Assembly (NCBI GenBank): GCA_018398765.1 | Contig: JAHBMJ010000333.1 | Location: 62,001 to 126,000, forward strand | Reading direction: 5' to 3' | From: Chromera velia | Taxonomy: Eukaryota | Length of the DNA stretch: 64,000 nucleotides | Part shown: positions 12,162 through 24,800 of the stretch, in pieces | How positions within the stretch are numbered: position 1 is the stretch's first letter | Layout of the letters: the number at the start of each line of letters is the position of its first letter | Notes under the pieces: model-generated | Told to the model about the DNA's origin: nothing | Databases searched by the model: none | The model's input: only the letters and a program-made list of their open reading frames with translations | Position numbers and translations under genes: made by a program

Positions 12162-13407
12162 CCCTACAAATTTAAGTAATTTAATTAGAGAAGTAATTTA
12201 AAGTAATTTAGAGTAATTTAGCTTAGTAATTTAAAGTAATTTAAAGTAATTTAGAGTAATTTAAAGTAATTTAGAATAGTAAACTAAAATAATTTGGAAA
12301 GTTAAATTACCAATTTTAGTCAAACTTTGGAGGTCGATTACCCGTGAACCATAACGAGTTAGATATTTAAACTAACAATGTTTATAGCTCTTATATGAAT
12401 AAATGAATGAAAGTTTGGCTTTACTAGAGTAGAGCCGTGCTCCTAGCAGCCTATGTTTATGCAAAAGATTGTCAATCACTCAACTTTAGAGATAAAACTA
12501 AGCGCGAGATCCCCTGGAGTGAACGCTTGGTGAGCTCACGGGCGGCATGCACATTGAAGGTGATAATAGAAGAAGAACAAGAAGAAAAGAACGCGGTCAT
12601 ATAGAAGCAGGCATGTATAGTGAGTGATAAAGATCGCAAACGGCTCTGCATGCTTCATACGGAATAAGACCAAAAACAACTAAAAGAGACAGCCTTGAGT
12701 CAGAACCATGTCATAAAGCTGGTATCGACTTCCTTTCCTTCTTTCTTGCGCCCCTTCTCCTCCAAAATTTGGAGCAGCGTGGCCCGTGCGCAAACCGCTC
12801 GAGCTACTAAAAAGAAATCCACATCAACTTCCTGCAACCGAAAAAGAGAACCGGATCCTTGCTGTGAAAGTTGAATGTATCCCTCATAATTAGCCATAAT
12901 CCTTGAAACGACTACTTGCGGGATCGAGTCTTCGAGACCCTTTCCGGAGGCTGACTTGCTTATCACCCTCATATGCAGTTTGTTGCTTGCAACTCTGTGA
13001 CTGGACCTAGGATTCAACTGACTGTCAGTGTCAGCTAGGAACTCAGAATCGGCTGGAAGCTCCTCATACAGAGTTGCTGTTCTGTTTAGAAGCTAGGCAT
13101 GTCCTCATGCATGCTTCTGCTCGAATCAGAAACCGAGGCAACACATCCAGATAACCTGGCCCACCCGCAATGCAGGAAAGCAGACAACGGCAGTCAAGAT
13201 CTTTGAATGTCTAACTCTTTATGGTTTATAAGTAATCGACCTCCAAAGTTTAATCAAAATTAGTAGTTTAGCTTTCCAAATTACTTTAGTTTACTATTCT
13301 AAGTTACTTTAAATTATTCTAAATTGTCTTAAATTACTTTAAATTACGAAGCTAAATTACTTTAAATTACTTTAAATTACTCATCTAAATTACTCAAACT
13401 TACAGGG
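12162..13407. mobile_element. TA-flanked non-autonomous TIR element with ~210-bp inverted repeats and an ~820-bp internal segment
   Basis: TA|CCCTACAAATTT... and ...AAACTTACAGGG|TA. Arms 12162-12370 and 13201-13407 are reverse complements (e.g. AAACTTTGGAGGTCGATTAC / GTAATCGACCTCCAAAGTTT) built from AGTAATTTA(A/G) 10-mers. No transposase recognised. Confidence 0.88.
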
Positions 13408-14239
13408 TATATACCATAAATTTTAAATTGAATGCAATCAAATAAAACTAACATTTTATATTCAAAATTCAAATTGAGTTACAAAAAATCAAAGATTTAA
13501 ATTTAATAAGTTCAAATTAGTTATATATAGTTTTAAGAATATTGGTTTTGAAGACTAACATCAAAATTGACAAATCATTGTCAAGTTGAAATCAATATTT
13601 TTAATCTTTTCATTTCTTTCACAATGAAACTAAATGCAATTGGACAAGTAAAAAGGGTACCAAAAACTAGCAAAAGTTGAGGCTTATTTCATAAGTAGAA
13701 GTTTTCAAGTATTCTGACTTTCTCACTCAGTGAACGTCTGGAAAAGTCTCTGACATGCAAAGCTAAAACTTTTTGAAACCAGAATTCTCTCTACACAGCA
13801 TACTTTTTGGCAGTATTACAGCGAGTCCATTTGCAATGAGTAGCTTTAGCTCTCTCTTTTGCCTTTCAAGTCTTTATAAGGAGGGACTGTCCAGCTTTCA
13901 GCTCTCAGAAAAGAGAACAGCTAGCTCTTTACTTTGCAGCAAACTGAAATTTAAAAAAAAGATCCTTCTACAGCGCCAGTCACGTTCTTTGAAGTCGCAC
14001 GTATCCGCCTATGCTTGCAAGCTTCTATGACCACGCCCGAAATAAGATTGTCTGCAAAGAAATACGCACACCATCACTTTACTTGTAAAAGTCCTTCCTC
14101 TACACGTATTGGAGAAACTACGAGTATCAGCGAATTCACCCATCCAAAATTGTCCTACAGTCGATACACAACATAACAACGTTTGACAAAGTTGGCTAAG
14201 TCTCTTGCACAGTGACCAATAATACCTTTGATGCACTCG

Positions 14240-14320
14240 CACACATACACACATACACACACATACACATACACATACATACACACACACACGCACACAC
14301 ATACATACACACACATACAT

Positions 14321-14369
<49 letters not shown>

Positions 14370-14529
14370 TAGACCATATCATCTTTTTTTTTCCCTTTTT
14401 CTCTTTCGTCATCCTCTTCTGTTTTTTTCTTTCTTCTTTTGGGAGAGAGAGCGACAGACAGACAGACAGACAGACAGACACATAGACAAACAGACTGACA
14501 GACACAGATAGAAATACACACACATACAC

Positions 14530-14560
<31 letters not shown>

Positions 14561-14561
14561 T

Positions 14562-14592
<31 letters not shown>

Positions 14593-14716
14593 TACACACA
14601 CACACACACACACACATACGCACACACGCACACACAGATACATACATACACATACACATATACACATACATATACACACACACACATACACATACACACA
14701 CATATATACATATACA

Positions 14717-14748
<32 letters not shown>

Positions 14749-14815
14749 TACACACACACATACACATACACACACACACATATATATACACACACACACA
14801 CACACACATACACAT

Positions 14816-14876
<61 letters not shown>

Positions 14877-14900
14877 TACATACATACATGCATACACGCA
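14240..14900. repeat. Compound (CA)n/(GA)n/(GACA)n/(TA)n microsatellite
   Basis: Direct inspection. Confidence 0.97.
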
Positions 14901-15849
14901 TGCGTATAGGCCCATACGCCTAGCCATATGCATACATCGAAGGATATCAACTAAACTTTCGACTCGTCTTGTCACGGTGTCCTACTGTGGATTACAAAGA
15001 AGGGCTATATGCTAGGCTATATGAGCCTGTTGGTTCAATCAGCTTTGTTTTTTAACAAAAGAGCTTCTGCCCTCACCTGCAACTCAAGTTGTCAGAGGGG
15101 GAGGCAATCCCAAATATTCTAACGTATTTATTTATGCATACCAATTAGATCAAGTCGCTCACCATAAAGTTTTGATCATGCAATCAGTATGGCGAAGAAG
15201 CATCTTGGGGTGCTGAAGACTGTCGCACGCAACACCTACAGTTCCAACTTGTGATCCATGGCAAATCTTGCATACGACGCACAGATTGCATGGCTTCATT
15301 TGAAGAAAGGAATGCACGGTGATGCATGGTGATTACACGGTGTATTTGTCAGAAGAAAAAATAAGATAGCTATGATCATAACAAGTTCAGCTCTCTTAGA
15401 AAAACCGTGCATACACGCAGACGGAACATGAACCAAAAAAACATATGATTGTGTTCTTTCATATCTTTTTTCTTCCCTATTTCGACCTGTTTTGCATTCT
15501 GGAAGTTGCAATCTTTTTTTGCCTACGTTGCCTACACACGCACAGATATCATCATGAAAGGGAGAAGTTCACTCCCTGACAAGAAGCTAAGGGTTCTCTA
15601 GAGGGTTAACTCTGCACAGCTTGATCTTCTTATAACTTTGCGGACCAGTTCGCATAATGGAATCCGTCTCCTTCTCCCTTAAAACCAGGATCAAGCTGAG
15701 ATAACTGACAAAAGACGACAAACGCAAGGAATATCCAGCTATAGAAACTCCAGATATGGACGTTAATGACTAGAGTCAAACGACTGAAGCCTGGAGATAT
15801 GAATAAAGGCCAGAAAAAGGTCCAGGAGGCAATGGATGGGCTGGGCTGA

Positions 15850-17387
15850 AGCGCTAGCTGGCTGGCTGGCTGGCTGGCTCAACCCGTATCAACCAACTGA
15901 CGAGATGTGTGGTGCTCACATTTCAACAACTCGACAGAACGGAGATACGGGAGAGGGGGGGCAGGCTGGAGGACTGGAAGGGACGGAGCTTGGCTGTGGG
16001 CGGGCGGGTGGGCTGGCTGGAGGACTGTTCAACCCATATCAACCAACTGACGAGATGTGTGGTACTCACGTTTCAAAACCTCGACAGAATGGAGATACGG
16101 GAGAGGCGAGGTGGGCTGGAGGACTGGAAGGGACAGAACTAGGCTGAGGGCGGGCGGGCTGGCTGGCTGGCTGGCTCAACCTGTATCAACCAACTGACGA
16201 GATGTGTGGTGCTCACATTTCAACAACTCGACAGAATGGAGATATAGGAGAAAGGAGGCAGGCTGGAGGACTGGAAGGGACGCCGGAGCTTGGCTAGAGG
16301 CGGGCGGGCTGGCTGGCTGGCTCAACCCGTATCAACTAACTGACGAGATGTGTAGACCCCCCAGGTGCTCACATTTCAACATCTCAACAGAATGGAGATG
16401 CGGGAGAAGGGAAGCGGGCTGGAGGACTGGAAGGGACGGAGCTGGGCTGAGGGCGGGCGGGCTGGCTGGCTGGCTCAACCCGGCGTATCAACCAAATGAC
16501 GAGATGTGTGGTGCTCACATTTCAATATCTTGACAGAATGGAGATACGGGAGAGGGGAGGCAGGCTGGAGGACTGGAAGGGACGGAGCTAGGCTGGGGGC
16601 GGGCGGGCTGGCTGGCTGGCTGGCTCAACCCATATCAACCAACTGACAAGATGTGTAGTGCTCACGTTTCAACAACTCGATAGAATGGAGATGCGGGAGA
16701 AGGGAGGCAGGCTGGAGGACTGGAAGGGACGCCGGAGCTTGGCTAGGGGCGGGCGGGCTGGCTGGCTGGCTTAACCCATATCAACTAACTGACGAGATGT
16801 GTGGACCCCCCAGGTGCTCATGTTTCAACATCTCGACAGAATGGAGATACGGGAGAGGGGAGGCAGGCTGGAGGACTGGAAGGGACGGAGCTGGGCTGGG
16901 GGCGGGCGGGCTGGTTGGCTGGCTGGCTCAACCCGTATCAAGCAACTGACGAGATGTATGGTGCTCATGTTTCAATATCTTGACAGAATGGAGATACGGG
17001 AGAGGGGAGGCAGACTGGAGGACTGGAAGGGACGGAGCTGGGCTGGGGGTGGGCGCGCTGGCTGGCTGGCTCAAGTCGTATGAACTAACTGACGAGATGT
17101 GTGATGTTCACATTTCAACATCTCGACAGAATCTAGGACAGAATGGAGATGCGGGAGAGGTGAGGCAGGCTAGAGGACTGCTCAACCCATATCAACCAAC
17201 TGACGAGATGTGTAGTGCTCACATTTCAACAACTCGACAGAATGGAGATACGGGAGAGGGGACTCGAGGCAGGCTAGAGGACTGGAAGGAACGGAGCTGG
17301 ACTGGGGGCGGGCGGGCTGGCTGGCTGGCTCAACCCGTCTCAACCAACTGACTAGATTTGTGGTGCTCACGTTTCAACATCTCGACG
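15850..17387. repeat. G-rich minisatellite, ~145-155-bp unit, ~10-11 copies
   Basis: Recurrent TCAACCCRTATCAACCAACTGACGAGATGTGTGGTGCTCACATTTCAAC...GGAGGACTGGAAGGGACGGAGCT...(GGCT)n at about 15880, 16030, 16177, 16323, 16476, 16625, 16773, 16929, 17071, 17183 and 17331. Confidence 0.95.
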
Positions 17388-17862
17388 GTGTTGATGGTGC
17401 GTGCCGTATCGCGGACTCTTATTGAGTCTACTGTGCGCGGTAGTGCACACTGACAGGGTGAGTCGTTGTAGGGCTGAGCCTCATTATTGTTATGTCAACA
17501 ATGTAGGGGTTGGGATGGTGTTTTGGAGATACGGTTACGAGTTTGTCGGTTGCGACAACGTCGTGGCAAAGTCTTTGTCGAGGAGCTGAAGGAAGTGTTT
17601 TGTAAATCAAATGGACGGAGAGGTGTCATTTGTCAACGGAGAGGTGCCATTTGTCAGCGGATTGAACAGGTGCCATTTTGTCAACTAGGAAGGCCCTTGG
17701 TCGGATACTTAGATTTGAGCTTCAAGAAACGAAGGCCTTTCAAGGAATTCTTTTAGGTTTGGGGCGCTTAATCGGTGGTGTGCTTAGGGAGTGAAGTTGA
17801 GCACATCTGACTACATAAGTCATCCATGTTCTTGAAAAACCATCAGCGACGCAATCCGTTTC

Positions 17863-18400
17863 TCAAAGAAGCCTATAAGGACAAAGACTCATATAAACTG
17901 AACGGGCGTCAGCATACCTTTTCATTGACAGAAAGTCCAAACTGTCGGGTTTTGGTAATCTGGCACCCAACAACGAAGGCACAGAGAAATGAGGGTTGTA
18001 AACTGTTTTTACACGACTTTGGTATGGCCGGTACTGCATCAACAAGTCCAGCAACATTGTGAAAGATCGATCTCAATCTAATTCCAACGAAAAAATCAGG
18101 AAAGCGACCCCGCGCCTGAGAATGTTCTTGTCTTTCACAAAATTTTTAATTAAGTACGCTTACTTCAAAATACGCCCTCTTCAGATAGTCGGCACTCCAT
18201 GTTTCATGGTGCTGCACACCGCTTTCATCAGGACTCTTACAGTCTTTGACCTCACCCGTTTTGTCACCGGCTCTTGGAATCTAGAATCCAGACCAAGGAC
18301 CACCGTAACAGGAAGCATATCATCGCCAGCCAAGGATGTGCAGATCATCCTCAGCCCACATTTTTTTCAAAGTGAAGAGCTCTTTAACAATCTACCTCTG
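17863..18400 (-). pseudogene. Possible degraded coding fragment, product unknown
   Basis: One minus-strand frame reads as protein-like (...MLPVTVVLGLDSRFQEPVTKRV...GVPTI*RGRILK*AYLIKNF...ELD*DRSFTMLLDLLMQYRPY...), broken by three TGA/TAA stops that single C>T changes would explain. Confidence 0.35.
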
Positions 18401-18850
18401 TATGTCACTTATCAAGAAATGCTCTTCAGTAGCTTTTTTTCCCGTCCAGTCAAGAAGCACTCCGGGCGCTCCTTTCGTGACCTTCACAAAAAAAACACAG
18501 AAAGCAGCGAAAGGTCCTTTCTATAGGTAGATACATGAGTGCACAAAAGCCAAGTGAATGAGAGGGGGGAACATGAGAAAAGTGCAGGTTTGTGAATGGA
18601 GAAAGGTGGGACAGGGACTGACCGATCTCTAAAAAGCGATTCAAGAGCGTTTATGAATGATCTTTCACGTTCCTCCACTCCTTCAACTGAGCTGTTTCCA
18701 CCTTCTTTCATGACTTTCAGCTTTTGTTTTTTTGTATGTTGCTTGTTCTCATGTATATATATATCTATACTTCGAATCACCTTCGGCTTCTCCCCCCTCC
18801 ACAAGCGTCGTTGCTTACAAACCACTCCATTTCACTGGAGAGAGCAGATA

Positions 18851-20266
18851 CCGTATATTTCATTATACTTTGCCCACCGGGGTTTCGGATCCTCCACCTA
18901 AACATACAAAGTTTAAAAAAACTCTAGATAAATCCATGTAAAGAGCCTGCCCAAAAGTGAGGGGGCACTCATGCATTGCAGCCTACAAGAAGCGTGTACT
19001 GCCTCAGTCATAGCTCTGGATTTCTCAATCTAACCTAGAAAGAGAAAAGAGTCATCAGCCTCCCGGGTAGACGGTCTGATGAGTGCCCTGCAGAAAGAGG
19101 AAAGCGACACACATGGACAGAGGGGCATGCAGGGAGACGGATGGACAAATCTTTTAGTTTTTATCACTCCAATAAAAATTTGATGGAAAAGGTTGTTCTA
19201 TGGACCCCCTGACCTCAAAGATGTAATCAGCAACTTTGGAGACCCCCATTTAGTTACTTAAGCTCTGACCCAAGATCTGCCCCTGCCTCGACTTTGCACG
19301 ATCTCTCCAGCCAGAAAAGAGACGGCAGACAAATGCATGTACGGGCGGCCCCGGAAGGCAGTGCAAAAGTGGGCAAAGTATAGGTAAATCTGGTATCTGA
19401 AGAAAAATTCGTATGAGAAGTCATATAGAAGGAGGCAGGGATAGCATATGAACAGGAAAAGGTCTCATAGTATACGGAAAACAAAAAACGCCATCTCTGG
19501 CCAGGAAAGCATGGTACAGCCACACAGAGCAGAACGAAAGATATAGAGGGGGGGGCACGTCTAGCGCTTTGCTGACCTGCCTTCCTCTCTCACCACAGAG
19601 GAGAGGAGAGATGCCGAGAGAGTGGACCTGCAGAGAGCATACATGCACCAACACACACACTGAGTGACAGGCCCCTGCCGCTAGTAAATTCAGCCAAGGA
19701 AGAGAAACAAATGAGCACACCGTATATTTCACTATACTTTGCCTACTGGGGTATTGGGTCCTCCACCTAAACATATAAAGTTTGAAAAAACTCCAGATAA
19801 ATCCATGTAAAGAGCCTGCCCAAAAATGAGGGGGCACTCATGCATTGCAGCCTATAAGAAGCGTGTACTGCCTCAGTCATAGCTCTGGATTCTTCAATCT
19901 AACCTAGAAAGAGAAAAGAGTCGTCAGCCTCCTGGGTGGACGGTCTGGTGAGTGCCCTGCAGAAAGAGGAAAGCAACACACGTGGACAGAGGGGCATGCA
20001 GGGAGACGGATGGGCAAATCTTTCAGTTCTTATGACTTCAATAAAAATTTGATGGAAAAGGCTGTTCTATGGACCCCTCGACCTCAAAGATGTAATCAGC
20101 AACTTTGGAGACCCCCATTTGGTTACTTAAGCTCTGACCCAAGATCTGCCCCTGCCTCGACTTTGCACGATCTCTCCAGCCAGAAAAGAGACGGCAGACA
20201 AATGCATGCACGGGCGGCTCCAAAAGGCAGTGCAAAAGTGGGCAAAGTATGGGTGAATCTGGTATA
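18851..20266. repeat. Direct repeat pair (~547 bp; 18851-19397 and 19720-20266) separated by ~320 bp of unique sequence
   Basis: Both copies start CCGTATATTTCA and end AATCTGGTAT; the differences are mostly transitions. Confidence 0.93.
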
Positions 20267-21611
20267 TGCTCTCTGAAAGAACCTGATGGTGAAGGGGCCA
20301 CAGCACCTCAGTCAGGCCCCATAAGGAACTAAAAGCTGGACCAGTAGAAGTCAGAACATTCTCACTCGACAATGATCAACAAAGGTGAATGAGGCTTCCG
20401 GGTCGACACTCCTGATATTTGACGAATTCACATTTCCTATTGGATAAAGGGATCATTAGAAAACACAACGGAGCACATGTATATCGATGATTCTCTCCCC
20501 GAAAAAGCAGAGACTGATGGGATCATTTCCTTTGCTCATATGGTGAAAGCTGGGAGGAAGTCAGGTTCCAGGGTCTCAGTTCCGATGCAGAACAACACTT
20601 CAAGTAATTTCAGCTTTTGACTTTGCTCAACACCTCATACACCAAAAAGGTATTGAGGTGGGGGGGTTGGCCTTTTGTTGGTCGTTGGTGAGCTCGAAGC
20701 TGACAAAAGTTTGAATTACAATATAATAAGTCCACGATCGACTGATTGAACTGATTAACAAGCTGTAGTATTTATACACTCGGTTCGTATATATGAATAT
20801 ATAGATTGAGAGAATATGATGGATCGATACGCATATATATATAGAGCATACAATTATTTGGAACTACGTAGTAACATAAAAAATTCCATATTTTCGCGCG
20901 TTTTGTGCACAAGTGCGATCCGGTGCGATCCTTGGTCTTCTTAAAATTTTGTCATGTGCTGTGACATGCACTAACATGCGTGCCCTGATGCGGCCAGCAA
21001 TAGCCGGCAATAGTAAGCTGGTTAACGCCGAACTGGACAGACTTTCTTCTATTTTTTTTTTTTGTTTTCTGCGATGCCTATCGATGCCTTTCTACGATGA
21101 TATGGAGCTTGGATGTAAATTAAACTTAAGTGTATAGGATTCAACATTATTTAAGTATATTTAATTTATTTAAACGTTTTATTCGAACTTGATCCCCCCA
21201 TATAACTCCAGTCTGTTTTGAAATAAAATTTTCAATATTAATGTTGACCATGCCTGCGGCGCTGACGTTTCAAGTCTATTCACGCCTATAGCGCGGTATT
21301 TCAAGTTTATTCGAGTTTCATTAGAGTATTAGGAGAGTTTTCATTCACATTGAATAAATTTTAACAAAAACGTCAAAATGATAAAACTAGATAAAACATA
21401 AATCTAATCTATATCTAACCATAACAGTATTCTAGAGAATCTTTTATCTTTTATGTCAGACTCTTTGTTTTCTTCTATTTTGTTTTTTTTTCTCAATTTT
21501 TATTCTTTACACTGTGGCAAAAACCTCGCGATCACTTTTTTTTACCTGAATTTAATTGTTTGTGAAAAGACACGCAACTGTTTTTTGCTCCAGATGCATG
21601 CCAAAAAAATA

Positions 21612-21833
21612 CTAGGCCTATCACAGCAAAAAAAAAAAAATTCAAGCCGATTCTCGCTTATTTTTTTTTTCTTTTTCCGATGGTATTAGGTAACAAACAA
21701 CTGTTCTTCAAGTATTATGCAACTGTTGTTTTGGTATTGTACAACTATTGCTTAAATGTTGTAAGAAAAAAAAAAGATTAAGCCAATTCGGGTTTACTTT
21801 TTTTTCTATTTTGTTTTGCTGTGATACGCTTAG
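21612..21833. mobile_element. CTAG-bounded MITE
   Basis: CTAGGCCTATCACAGCAAAA ... TTTTGCTGTGATACGCTTAG inverted termini, with further inner inverted similarity. Confidence 0.75.
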
Positions 21834-21844
21834 CAAAAATATAA

Positions 21845-24800
21845 TGCTTTGTCCCTCCTGTCCGGCCACCTTATGGCGTCCAGACAGAAAGTAAAGCAAG
21901 GACAAGAACCTTAGGGAAATTCTAGAGAAGGAACGTGAGCAACACTCATTCAGGCAACAGTTTACAGAAGGTTTAGCTCTAGAGCGATCCGGGATTCCAA
22001 TCAGCTGGGTTTATTCTATCATTGCATAATTTTTACTTTAACATCACTTATGCTTCTCTCTGTTTTTCTCTTTCAGAGTCTCAGACTCCCGATGTATGAC
22101 AAACAGACATTAGCCTCAAAGGATCCTATCTGTTGCTCAAGTGACATGTTGCTTGAATGTGAACATTGCGAAGGTCAGACTCAACTTCGATCGACGCACG
22201 TGTAACACGTACGAAGCAAAGCGCGGCGGCGGAATGCAACGCGGCGGCAGGTCATACAGATGTGTATGGACCAATTAGAACCCGCCGCCAGACCTTAACC
22301 GGCTCAAAAATTTCGAGGGGAAAAGGAACAGCCCTCTGTTCCCTTTTCCCTCCTGGACTCAAAGCAACGACCCTAGGAGACGTCAGTTCGCCTCTCTAGA
22401 CTCTCTCTAGCTGCTTGGTGTAGAAAAAACGACTCCCAGACTCACAGGGAGTCCAAAGAACGGACGTCTGAGGTCTAACACCTGAAGAGGCCAAAGTGGC
22501 CTTCCTGGACTCAGAAGTTCAGAAAGGGCTGTGGTATATAAATGATGATAAAATGCATATCAACACGGTCCATCTGGTCCAGGTAAGTTAGTTCGAACAG
22601 GGGATAAGGAATGGTTGATGCACTGTGGACTTCAACTGACAAGTCTGCTCATGAACAGAAAGATACACTCCAGATGGCGCCCTATGTCAAATTGTCGGAA
22701 GGGCTTTTTCCTTCTTGAGCACTTTAAATCTGCAGCCATCGCACAAAGGTACTGCCCAACACTCATATGCTCCTGTTTGGAAGGAAAGAGCAGGACAGAA
22801 CCACTTACCGGGGGAGCTGAAGGTCGATTAATACCCCTGAGACGCCAATTCTCCACAACAGAAAGACAAAACAATCTCGTCTTCCCACAACCAGCAGACT
22901 TACCAGGAACCTATCCCGCTGGCCTGGGAGGATGACAACAGACACAGGGCATTGGGCAAAATTGCTAGGGATCGATTCTGCGGCCTCCTAGTAGAAAGAA
23001 GGAATGTTGCTTTGGAGGTCTGGGAGGTACTTTCCTGACTGGTCCAGACTGGAGCTGCCAGACATGCCAAAGCAGATCAACTGTGCCACAAGACTTCACC
23101 CCGACACAGAGGCAAGCTGTCTAGTACTAGAAGAGCGGAATTGCGCCAGTTTGACCATCGGTACTGCTCTACACAACAAGGTAGACAAGAAGGGATGAGA
23201 GGACGAAATGACCCTTCTCTGTATGTTGGTGTGCTTTTTGAGCATTCTGAGCACAATTTCAGGATTTTTAGAGTGGCCCCGGAAAGTTTTGGCCCAAATT
23301 CTTGCACCAACGCACTCAGCAGCCTCTAGGGACCAATTTGATATCTTTTTAGGCCCTGAACGCCGCTGGAATCACGCGGACCGGCTTAACCGGCTCAAAA
23401 ATTTCAGACCCTTCTAATTGGTCCATGCACATCTATATAACCACCTTCCGCGTTGCGAATGTGGTACGACACGCTGGCTCTGAGTCACTCAGTAACTGTC
23501 ACAGCATATGCAAAGGCTTAAAGGGCAGCGCTATAGGGTAGGACTCCATAGATCCCCTCTGGTCACGGACAGAAAAATCGTATCCTCACGATCAACAAAT
23601 AAAAAGACCAAGCATACGCTTCAATGCCTAAAATAGATCTTATCCAAGTCGCCGTAGATGTTGTTAGAGCTCCGAGAACTTCATCTCAATGGCATCTGTG
23701 TCAAAATATTTAAGGCGCCACGTGAATCAGAACGATTTCAAAGTGCTACGATATGTGAGGCGTGCTCGCAAGTCCAAGATCACCTAAAGATAAGCGCCCA
23801 ATGCAGATACTGGTGGCACCAATAAAAGCACCTCTCCAGCGCCTGTGTATGTCGTTGACCGGAAGACTCGATCAGAGTTGTGGGTCTCCAGCACCAGCTA
23901 GTTCGGAAGCACGGCGGCCATGCACATGCGTCCAACTCGGCGCCATCGAATTGTTAACAGCTGCAAAGGGATGAAGAGAAAAGAAAAGAGTGCAGCTACA
24001 TACTGCTCCACTCATGGCTTCCTGAAAGCCTGTTTGCGTGTCGGCTATCCTTGTTCTCACTAAGCTACCATGCCAAACCAAGTGACTTTAGAATACTCTG
24101 TCATGACCTCACTCCTCGAGGTGCATTGCTCTGATTATTCGATCGTTTGCTTCATGAGCAGCCATCACCAGCTTCAAATCCTTCCACCTTCTTACTGTCA
24201 GTCGAGAGGAACGGTGCAACCGGGACATATCGACCCATCACAGGGAAACCCGGCCACGCGGCAATAGTCACACACTTGACTTTTCATACCTCAGGCCTGC
24301 CGTTCCCTCAGAGGGCATCAAATACGTCCGATGCCTCCTGGTTCAACATTAAGATCGAAAGTGCAAGTCTCCTCAGCTTTAGACAGCTTCTTATTGTGCA
24401 GTAGAAAGAACTTTCTCAGCTCTGCTCTCTTGGAGAGAAGTCCCGACAACTTTATGTGCATGTGTACATAATGGATGGAGTGGTTGTAGGGCCGTGGCAC
24501 ACTCAGCCTCCTGCTAAACGCCCATACCTTTCACATCATTTCAACATAAAAGGATTATTGCACAAAGGTGCTAACCACCGTGAATAAGCGCACACACCAC
24601 CTAACAGAGTCAGACCAAATGTGGACAGTCGTTCATGTGCAAACACGCACGCAGCAAACAGCAGAGTCAACGCCGGATATGCACATGCCGGTCCCGATCG
24701 ATCAGGTACAGAACTAGTCATAGTACACTCACAGAACAGCAAACAAAAGAAGCAATCTACTGGCCGTTTCATTTGTGATGCACTCATAGATGGCAATCTC

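Noticed and set aside
14009..14975. CVCV/THTH ORFs here and at 10201-10566 and 59379-60223, plus K/E/R and F/L/S ORFs at 32428-33157
   Set aside because: Microsatellite artefacts.
15850..17387. CRISPR-like array (also 8325-8972)
   Set aside because: Whole units are repeated with no unique spacers; no cas genes; eukaryotic context.
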